Notes under the pieces: generated by a model
Seen by the model: only the letters and a program-made list of their open reading frames with translations
Databases searched by the model: none
Told to the model about the DNA's origin: nothing
Made by a program: the position numbers and the translations under genes
Assembly: GCA_951406725.2 (NCBI GenBank)
Contig: OX597817.1
Span: 121,148,001-121,212,000, forward strand
Reading direction: 5' to 3'
Origin: Octopus vulgaris
Lineage: Eukaryota
DNA length: 64,000 nucleotides
Shown here: positions 54,101 to 64,000 of the stretch, piece by piece
Layout of the letters: every line of letters begins with the position of its first letter
How positions within the stretch are numbered: position 1 is the first letter of the stretch

Positions 54101-54832
54101 CTAGAGATATACTTGTACACTCTCACTCACACTTAGATTAAATGTTTTGACCTATCTAACCTGAATTAATGCTGTTTGTATTTTTTGTTTTTTCTTGCAT
54201 GTGGTGTGTGTATGTGTATATGTAAGGTGGGGGGTAGTTTTTGCATTTTATTTCATTCCATATTTTGACAGATTTGATCTTGGATGTCTATATAATTAAA
54301 TCGTTCTTGAAAATGGATTTTTTTTCCCCTTTTCTCTTCCAACAAAGATTTCTTTAATCCATTATCTTCTCCACCCACCCTTATATATTTAACAAAAAAC
54401 AAAAATGAAAAACAAAGCTAAAACACCAAACAGACACATATACGAATGAACACACACACATATAGAAATGTATACACATTATATGAAATTGCAAAAGATA
54501 GAAATAAACAAAACTTTTTGTTACAAATTGTTGCTGTTGTTGTTGTTGTTGTTGTGTAATGTGTATTTCCATATGTTGGTCATAAAACAGAAAGAAACAA
54601 ACACTCCCCTAAGAATATGCAAAAAGCAAATAAAAAACAAATAATTCATGCTCACAACAAATTCTTGATGTTGTTTTTGCTTGTTGTTGCTGTTATTTTT
54701 GTTGTTGCTGCTGTTGTTGTTAATGTTGTTGTTTGCGTTGTTGTTGCGTAATATGTTTTATTAATTTTTTTTTTTCTTTCCATACATTGGTCTTGAAAAT
54801 GAAAAAGAATCCAGAAAAAGAACAAGAGAGAA

Positions 54833-54873
<41 letters not shown>

Positions 54874-55584
54874 CAATAAAGAAACTTAATCCCCCCCACC
54901 CCCGCGAAAAAAGAAGAAAGAAAAAAAAAGCAAGAAAGAAAGAAAGAAAAATAAAGAAAGGCAAAAAGAAAGAAAGAAAGAAAGAAAAATTAATATTCAG
55001 AAAATTAGCTAACTCAAAAAAGAAATAGTTTTTTTAAGATATATTCAATCTTTTAATTTTGGAGACTGACATATCATTAAAATTCAAAAGGAACATATAT
55101 ATGTGTGTGTGTGTGTATAAGTGATAAGATGTTTAAATGTATCTCTCAGTGCCCAGTACATGTGTCAGTGTGCATATAGTGTAGTTACTTTTATGAAAGG
55201 TTGTAAGTGAAAGACACAAATTGATTGATAAGAATGGTTTTTTTTTTATTTCTTGAATACTAAATAATAATCTAACGCCTTTCACCAAACGGAAAGTAAA
55301 AACAAAAAACAAAAAAAACACTCAATAAATTTCAGCTTTCGTCCAACTTACAAAAAAGTGTAGATTTCTGTAATTGCCTTTGTAATTCCATTGTTTGCTT
55401 GGTGTTTTTTTAAAAGATTTTCTTTTTGATTTTATTCAGAAATGTTTGTATAGTTGCTTTTAATTTATTAATTTTATTTAAAGTTCATGTGAGCAAAGGT
55501 CAAGAAGAAATGGTGGTGGTAATATATATATATATATACATATATATACATGTTGGCAGATTATCTATCTATCTGTTGTATACA

Positions 55585-55738
55585 GACAGCTGTATGATAA
55601 GAAGCTTACTTCCCAACCACATGGTACCAGGTTCAGTCCCACTGCATGGCACCTCAGGCAAGTATATTCTACTATAGCCTAGGGCCGACGAAAGCCTTGT
55701 GATTGAGTTTAATTGATGGAAAGTGAAAGAAGCCCATC

Positions 55739-55769
<31 letters not shown>

Positions 55770-56290
55770 ATGTGTCTTTATTCACCCCTCATCGCCACTT
55801 GACAACTTGTGTTGGTGTGTTTACATTCCCATAACTTAGCACTTCGGGAAAAGAAACTGATACAATAAGTACTAGGCTTAAAAAATAAGTTCTGGGGTTA
55901 ATTTATTTGACTAAAAAAATCTTCAATGTGGTGCTCCAGCATTGCCACAGTCAAATGACTGAAACAAGTAAAAGAATATATATAACAACATCATCGTTTA
56001 ATGTCTGCCTTACATGCTGGTATGGGTTGGACAGATTGATGGGAGCTGGTAAGCCAGGGGACTGTGCCATGCTACACTGTCTGCTTTTGCATGTTTTTTT
56101 TTTATGCTGGATGCCTTTCCTAATGTCAACTACTTTACAAAGTGGACTGGGTACTTTTTATGTGGCACCAGTATTGGCATGTCTTTTATGGCTGGATACC
56201 TTTCCAAACACCAACCAATTTATAGAGTGGACTGAGTACTTCTTACATGTCACCAACACCGATGAAGTCATCAAGTAACTTGCAATACAA
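55585..56290. mobile_element. SINE A (+) abutting SINE C (-)
   Basis: A at 55585-55976; C at ~55988-56290. Confidence 0.8.
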
Positions 56291-57089
56291 AGATCCCTCA
56301 AATGAATGGGTGAGTGATGTTGATGGAGGCAGCTTTATGCCAGGTTATGAGAAAGTTAGAGTATTACAGAGGGTGAGAAACAGGTGTCTTGCTGCTGAGG
56401 AGATACATGTTTACCTGAGAGCAAGAGAGATGGTGGTGGTGTGCCAGGATATATTCTTAGGGTATGAGGATGTGAATATAAATGGAATGATTGAAGATTG
56501 CCCAAGGTATTCCCAACCATATGGTTTCCGGTTCAGTCCCACTGCATGGCACCTTGATGGCACCTTGGGCAAATCTCTTCCACTATTGCTCTAGGCTGAC
56601 CAAAGCCTTGTGAATGAATTTGGTTGACAGAAACTTAAAGAAATCTGTCATATATACACATAAGTATATATATGCCTGTGTCTGTGCTATTGTTTACTGT
56701 AACATCACATCATGTATAATAGTTGTAAATGAATATCATCTTCTGTGAAAACATGTCTGGATATGGGCAAATATTACCATACATAGAAACTGAAGAGGAT
56801 TGGTGACAGGAAGAGCATCCAACCACAAATAAATTAACCTCAACATGTTCTGCATCTCCTTTACACTTCTTTAGAGATGCTATTGCAAAACTTCAATTGT
56901 ATCAATAAGGTAAGGATAGTCATATGTTAGGTAATCATTTTCTGTGTATACAGTAGATGTACAATGAAACAACTGTCTTTGAATTCTTAAACAATATGGT
57001 CCCTTTCCTTCAGGTGCAGTAATTTTTGCATCAAATGAAACAGAGGAGCATGTGCAATTAGAATTTTAAATATTTTTCCTAAAATTATA

Positions 57090-57415
57090 AGGTAAAGTAA
57101 AGAGCCACTTTGGTCATGAATGAACATGGGATTGTACATAGAAAGTTACTCTCTGCTGCACAAGTCTGGGCAAGATTGTTTATGGAAGACCAGCAGTTGC
57201 CCATGCATACTATCCGTGCCACCGATGTTATCTAAGAGAAAGGCAACGGCCAATACAGCTTGGCACCAGTGATATCACAACTCCTTTCTACAGCTGAGTG
57301 AACTGGAGCAACGCGAGACAAAGTATGTCGTGCTATAACACAGAACCTGGTCTGAGAATTGAACTCAATACCTCATAATTGTGAGCCCAACATTCTAATC
57401 TCAGAGCCATGCTTC
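57090..57415 (-). mobile_element. SINE with family F head and a third type of tail
   Basis: cagctgagtgaactggagcaa and gaattgaactc are the reverse of the F core and B-box. Confidence 0.6.
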
Positions 57416-57759
57416 ATTATTATTCATATTAATGAGTATTTTGAGTGCATTAGACAAGACTGCAGCAGAGGAAATCACATTCACCATTATAGCAATAGTT
57501 GAGTGGCTCATTTTTGACTCTCAGAGTTTTACAATGAGGACAGAATTTTACCATTTCTCTGATGTAAGGCTCACCTGCACCTTCTTCATTCTGATGATAT
57601 GTCATAGATCTACCATATCATTTCTGACATGATCATATTTTCTAAACTTGCTCAAGTTTAACATATTTTCATACAGTTCTTGAAATTCATCTTCATTTCT
57701 ACCCACTACTCCTAATGTTTTTTTTATATCTGTTTCAATCATTAAACTGTGGCCACACT

Positions 57760-58580
57760 GGGGCATCACAGTGTTTGGAGTGATCACTAGTGATGGTGAT
57801 GTTATTCCTCCATTCATCTTCCCATGCAGCCTCAGACTCAACATGGAAGCCTACGTCGAGTGCCTGGATGTGGTAGTGCTGTCCTGGGTGAAGAGGGTGG
57901 CTGTTGGAAGACCCTATGTCTGGAAACAGGACTCTGCACTTTGCTCCACAAGCCAAAGAACCCAGTCATGGCTGTCGGACAATTTCTGTGACCATATCTC
58001 CCCAGACTGTAACCCCCTTGATTATTATGCAACCCCTTCGATTATTATGTGTGGAATACAGTTGAGTGAGAAACCAACAAAATTCCTTTATAACAGCAAA
58101 GATGAACTGACGGCAAGGATTATGGCAGCATTCTCCAACTTAAACAAGGATATCATCCAGAAGAGTTGCAGGAGATTCTGAAGTCGTCTGGAGGCTGTAG
58201 TTGAAGCCAATTGCGATTCTATTGAATAAATTTACTGTTTAGTATTTCAAGATATTTTTATATAATTTTGGTAAATCATTCAATCGTGGCCGTTTGCCAG
58301 CCTCGTCTGGCACCTGTGCCGGTGGCACATAAAAAGCACCCACTACACTCACGGAGTGGTTGACGTTAGGAAGGGCATCCAGCTGTAGAAACACTGCCAG
58401 ATCAGACTGGGCCTGGTGCAGCCTTCTGGCTTCCCAGACCCCAGTTGCACTGTCCAAACTATGCTAACATGGAAAGCAGACGTTAAACGATGATGATGAT
58501 GATGATATTTGTTAAAATGAGATGTCAGTGTTATTTTCATTTTCACATAATTTAGATGACAATATATTAACCACTCCCTA
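57760..58580 (+). mobile_element. Second maT-type transposon fragment (3' half), interrupted by SINE C at 58277-58505
   Basis: ORF 57771-58181: FGVITSDGDV..., WKQDSALC..., SPDCNPLDYY; colinear with 47690-48272. Confidence 0.85.
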
Positions 58581-58607
58581 GATAAAGATAGTTATGGCTG
58601 GTTTATG

Positions 58608-58668
58608 GAGTTACCCTGGATTTCACGTCCATAAAGCACTTAGCTTTATGGCATTTCTTCAGACCTTA
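58608..58668 (-). ncRNA. Minimal type I hammerhead ribozyme with intact core
   Basis: Minus strand reads ggt-CTGAAGA-aatg-ccataaagc(taagt)gctttatgg-acgt-GAAA-tccagg-GTA-act. Confidence 0.65.
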
Positions 58669-59062
58669 ACACACATACACACACATGTATATATTATGAG
58701 CAATCAGCTGAAATACTTATTCATTTTCTTAAAGATCTTTTGACCCTATCTCTGTTCTTTAAATAGATATCAGAGCCTTTTTTTCTTTTTGGTCATCGGG
58801 TGTAAGATTTGAACTCAGCATATCTAGAACTAAAACAAATTCCACAATGCATCATCTTGTACAATGCTTTAACATTCTGTCAATCCACTACCTTAGACTA
58901 GATTATCATACCCCTAGGAAGATAAGCATAGTTGTTGTGGGTGGAATTTGAACTCAGGAGTACAGAGAACTGGAATAAATATGTGTATACATATACGCGT
59001 AACTACCTACATATATATAAATTTCTCTCTCAATCTCTCTATATACATGTATATATATATAT

Positions 59063-59095
<33 letters not shown>

Positions 59096-60737
59096 CATGA
59101 GTGTGTGGAAGTATGTGTACATTGTTTTACTTTGAGTAACAGATTGAGGTAGGGAAAACAAAGAGAAAATTTTCTATGAATCTTTGAAATTTTTCCATCT
59201 AATATACAGTTTAGAAACAATTCCTTATGAATAGTGAAAAATGTAAAAATAAAAAAAAGAATTATTGAAAGAAAAGGAGAAAAAAAAAGAAATGAGAATA
59301 AAAATAGTTAAAAGAAAGATAAAAGTAAAACAAAAGAAATGTTAAATAATTATTTACTGAACCATATTTCTTCCCTTTGAATAAAAGCGAGAAAGCCAGA
59401 GAGAGAGAGGGGGGGAGGAGAGGGAGAGAGGAGGTAGAAGAGAAAGGGGAAAAATATCTTTTGAAAATATAGTTGAATTAAGAAATAATTTGATAATGTG
59501 CTTGAATGACCATGTACACCGATGTTAATTAACTGAATTGCGCCTATAGTAGTAAGTCTAGTCAAACATAATACTTTGGAATATGTGTGTGTATGTACAT
59601 ACTTATATACACATATATATAAACGTGTATATATATATATATGTATGTATGTATTTGTTTGTATGCATGTATGTAAGTGTATGTATTACTAATGTTATCT
59701 TAAACTATTGTTTCTAATACAGATAAAGTAAAAGAGATTAAAAAAATATTGAATATAAAAATAAAGATGGATATTAAAGAGAAATCATTACTTAATGAGA
59801 ACTATTAAGAAGTTGGTGGTGGAAGCAAAACTGGTAAAATCAGCAGAGCACTGAATATAATTCTCTGCGGTATCTAGTGACAGGCTTCTTTATATTTCTT
59901 AATGCCAATCCAATTTTATTTCACATCTATCAATAGGAAATGGGATGAGGTGTAAAATAATGTATCAATTAATATAATAGGGTTGATTGAGATGAGGGTG
60001 GGATTGGGCTGTATTTAACTGAAAGTTCTTTCCTTCAAAATTTGAAAGCTCTTTCCTACTTCTTTACCCAAAATGTTTGCTGTGAGACAAGATTGTATGA
60101 ATAATGAATACCTTTCGTTTTGGGGTTGGATTGGAAACAGTGTCACTGTCTAACCTGCCTCAAGTCAGTAGATAGAAAAATAGTAGCTAGAAATTCTCAC
60201 AGTTACTGGCACCGCTTTGGTCAGTCTGATTCAGATAGTGTGGCAGCTCCTATTCAAAAAAGTATAGATTTAGAGGTAAAGACTATCGTTCTGGATCCAT
60301 TTGCAAAGTTGGTGGTCCTAAACTTGAACAACAGCGAATTTTGATGCCTTGACTTGAGCAATGTATTTGTATGTCTTCAGGTATCTGGAAACATTCTTTG
60401 AAACATTTTACTTATTAATGTTTAGTGGTTAAATAGAATAGCATCTTAAACACATGCTGGGATTATGTAAGAGCAAACCAGTTAGAGGGGAATGTGTAAA
60501 CATTCCTGAAACATGAACCTGCTCAGGTTGTATCTAGAAAGAATTTTTGTGTGGTCAGCTGATAAACATAGCTTAGAGGGCCCACAATTTCAGGTTGTTG
60601 CTAACACAAAATTACAAAGCAATGATTTACATTGTCCAGTTCAATATGATATATATATATATATATATATATATATCGCTATGATAGATCGGTAGCCACT
60701 ACACATTTTTTTTCTCTCCTTGTTTTTCTCTGTGTCC

Positions 60738-60773
60738 CTTTCTGTAGAAGAGCGTAGGCTCGAAACGTAAAAG
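60738..60773 (+). ncRNA. Minimal hammerhead motif (Penelope type; A6 changed to U)
   Basis: cttt-CTGtAGA-a-gagc(gtag)gctc-GAAA-c-GTA-aaag; loopless palindromic helix III (ACGT). Confidence 0.6.
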
Positions 60774-60804
60774 ACTTTTTCTATTCCTGAGCGTTATACT
60801 AATA

Positions 60805-61260
60805 TATGACCACAGTTTCTAAAAGTGTAATGTGTTATTTCTTGCATGCAAAATCTACAGCAACCAGATAGATTAACATGTTTGTTATGTGGGAGTTGAT
60901 GGGACGATCAATAATTGGTTGTGGGTCTCTCTGAATAAAGCTACAGAAGAAGAACTGATAGGATTTAGTAAGAGATCAGTGTTAGAAGAAAACAAATTAG
61001 AGTAGATGTTGATAAGAAGATTAAAAGAAGTGATTAGGAATGGTATTACAACCAAAATGCTTGTAGGAAAGAAGGGGTTCAACAATTTTTTTAAACATAA
61101 AACACGACGGAGCTAAGGCATGTGTTTTCTTTATATGTGAGGGAGTGGAAGCGTTTGATGGGCATTTGTGTGCTGTTTTTACCAATACTTTCCATGACTC
61201 AGGGAGGTGTGGTAGAGCAGAGACGGTGGACATTGGTGCCTATCTCAGTAATCTCTCATT
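60805..61260 (-). pseudogene. Probable Penelope-like element remnant (RT C-terminus, linker, start of GIY-YIG)
   Basis: Across frameshifts: KQHTNAHQ / PSHIKK, VALFRETHNQL, then MLIYL / CRFC in the expected order; heavily decayed. Confidence 0.35.
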
Positions 61261-61350
61261 AGAGTGGCTAGAATGCTGTAAAAAGCCAAAAAGCAGCTGA
61301 AATGTGAGATACACTAAGTAGTCATGCAAAAGGCATACCATACAAGCTAT

Positions 61351-61466
61351 CATCATCATTGTTCGACCGTGGTCAAGACAATGGAATTTACCATGCTACG
61401 CCAGACTTCACGGTCCATCATGGCATTACGGAGGTCCTGTTGCTGGATGCCTGTATCCCTGGAGAT
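61351..61466 (-). mobile_element. 5'-truncated RTE-like 3' end with (TGA)n tail and 10-bp TSD
   Basis: Minus frame ISRDTGIQQQDLRNAMMDREVWRSMVNSIVLTTVEQ*; TSD tacaagctat at 61341-61350 and 61467-61476. Confidence 0.85.
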
Positions 61467-62490
61467 TACAAGCTATACATATTCATAGAAAGTTTTGCTG
61501 AGGTCTTGGCAGACATCTACAACAGCTATCAGTAGAATGGAAAATTTTTCAGCTCTGTGAGTAAAAAAAAAATGGTAATACTGCTAAGGAAAAATGCAAA
61601 CAAAATATATAGTGTTAATAATTTCAGGCCCATAACTCTGTTGACTGCAAAGTTTAAGATTTAGGCCAATGTGCTTGAGAAGACATTGGCATTTGCCATT
61701 GGTAGTCTGTTCTGTAAAGATCTATATGATTCCTGGCAGATCAATCGACGAAAACTTCTATTTTATGCAATAGCACAGAGATAGGGTAGGAACAACCCTC
61801 CTATTGTTAGAGTTCTGATTAATTTGGATTACCTGAAAGCTTTTGACAGGGATAACTATCAGAACTTAGCAACTGTGTTCAGTGTAGCTGGTTGGGACCC
61901 TGTATTCAGAGACTGTAACATTGTCATATACAGTAGCAACTGCACATGCTCACTTTAAGTGACCACCTATCGGAACCATTTTGAATCTCATACTCAATCT
62001 ATCAAGTATATCCTTTTTATTAATTTTTTTATGGTTTTTACACTAGAATTACTCTTGAAGTTGTTAAGGGGCATCCAGCTTTAATTAGGAGACAGAGAAG
62101 TTGTATTGGCTAATAAATGTTATCCCCATAATGATATCAGACACCAGGAAAATTGAGATAGCTGGTACCATACTGAAGGAATATGAGATGGAATTAAGAA
62201 GACACTTAACCAAGACTAATAAGTGTGTTTATATCTCAAACTTGCAGTAGAAGAAAATGATATTTCCAGAAATGAACATAGACTTTCACACTGTTATACA
62301 TACAAGTGAGTAGTGATAATAAAAATTGTTATAATGTAGCCAATAGCATTAGTTTTGCCAGTGTTGCACACCAAAGGGGGCATTGGATATGAGCCTGTTC
62401 CAGAGAAGAGATATGGGAGAGATATATGAAAAATGTCTGTGCCTCCTCGCCTTCTGATTACACTGAGGAACTTTCAAGGAGCATTGACAT

Positions 62491-63160
62491 AAGGTGGTGA
62501 GCTGTCAGAATCATTATGCCAGGCAAAATGCTTAATGGCATTTCATTGTTTTTTATGTTCTGAGTTCAAATTCTGCCAAGGTTGATTTTACCTTTCATCC
62601 TTTTAGGGTTGATGAAATAACTACCATTTGAGCACTGGGTTAATAGAACTTAGTTTCAGGTTTTGTGCCTATTCTTATTCTTTTACTTGTTTCAGTCATT
62701 TGACTGTGGTCATGATGGAGCACTGCCTTTAGTCAAGCAAATTGACTTATTCTTTGTAAGCGTAGTTCTATCGGTCGCTTTTGCTGAACCGCTAAGTTAT
62801 GGGGATGCAAACACACCAGCATCGGTTGTCATGTGATGTTGAGGGCACAAACACAGACACACACATATATATATGTACATATATATGACGGGTTTCTTTC
62901 AGTTTCCATCTACCAAATCCACTCACAAGGCTATAGTAGAAGACACTTCTGAACCCAGAACCATGTGGTTGGTAAGCAAGCTACTTACCACACAGCCACT
63001 CCTGCACCTGTGAATTATGTTCAAATTCTGCCAAGGTGATCTTTGCATTTTATCTTTTAGGGTTTAGCAAAATGTGTATTGGTTAAGTACTGGAGTTATT
63101 ATAATCAACTATTTACTTCCTCTAGATATCTGGATTTGTGCTTGTCTTAGAAATCTTTAT
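62491..63160. mobile_element. SINE B (+), SINE A (-), SINE B fragment
   Basis: B at 62491-62665; A at 62672-63010; B at ~63015-63160. Confidence 0.8.
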
Positions 63161-63443
63161 CATTAAAGAGAGAGAGAGAGAGAGAGACAGGTACTTAGAC
63201 AGAAAAAGAGAAAGAGAGAGTGAGAGAGAGAGAAAGGAAAGGGTGGCAAAAATATGATGGATAGAAAATTTTGAAAAGAAAATAAACAATGTAAATATAA
63301 AAATCTATTGGTTAAATATATAATGTTTTTTTCTTTTTTCCTTTCCTGACTGCTACTGTTTCATTTGGTCAATTTTACAATGACCTTTTTCATCATCATC
63401 ATCGTCATTGTTGCCATCAGCATCATTGTTATTGCTGTTACTA

Positions 63444-63502
<59 letters not shown>

Positions 63503-64000
63503 ATCTCTTTTGTTTGTATTTTTAATCATAACAATACATTAGATATCATAAATTTGTGTTGACCTCTTTGCTGATGACCTTTCTGAGGTTAATATTAGTG
63601 TAAAGTAAAAGAATTAAAGAGGGTCATGATTTCTATGTGTCTGTACATGCCTGTATGTATGGAAGTGTACGTATTTGTATACATGTATATATGTATTATA
63701 TATATGCTTGAGTGTATAAATATATATATATATATTCATATATATGTCTATATATGTATATATATATAAACATAGACATGTATATGTGAATCTATTATCT
63801 TTACAATAACACAGACACCAATGTTTTTGAATACCATTGAACTCATATATATACACACCCACATAAACCCATACAAGCATAAATATATATTCAGTTTAAA
63901 CGAAGTAACCACACAACACACATATAGATGTATATAAATCCATACACACATGTGTGTATATATATATATATATATAATTTAAATATAGGATAAAATCTTT

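Larger units (their letters stand above)
60200..62230 (+). pseudogene. Tx1/L1-like LINE fossil (APE endonuclease + RT), interrupted by nested insertions
   Basis: SVAAPIQKSIDLEVKTIVLDPFAKLVVL and RLYLERIFV (APE-like); FRPITLLTAKFKI, IPGRSI and LINLDYLKAFDR (RT, ~61620-61850). Confidence 0.75.

Noticed and set aside
929-63951. Numerous ORFs rich in poly-I/Y/N/L/HT/VC
   Set aside because: Translations of microsatellites and SINEs with no protein-like composition

Overview
AT-rich eukaryotic non-coding DNA, dense in microsatellites ((TA)n, (CA)n, (AAT)n, (ATC)n, (CTAT)n). The repeat inventory (several very high-copy tRNA-derived SINE families, RTE LINE relics, (TA)n-rich spacers) looks like an octopus/coleoid genome; this is inferred from pattern recognition, not from a search. 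I found no intact protein-coding gene, and nearly all listed ORFs are microsatellite or SINE artefacts. Recognisable coding relics: two RTE-clade RT fossils, a Tx1/L1-like LINE (APE + RT), an R4/Dong-like 3' end, two DD37D (maT-type) Tc1/mariner fragments and a probable Penelope-like RT/GIY-YIG remnant. The most notable signal is a set of minimal type-I hammerhead-ribozyme motifs (near 16.9, 35.1 x2, 40.7/41.1, 58.6 and 60.7 kb, plus 3'-half motifs at 15.2 and 32.2/32.4 kb). They belong to several unrelated short elements, many of them fold-backs sitting in (TA)n tracts, two inside the internal microsatellite of a SINE. One (16822-17128) folds into a ~310-nt branched rod with a hammerhead at its tip, resembling a retrozyme. 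Boundaries of degenerate repeats are approximate.
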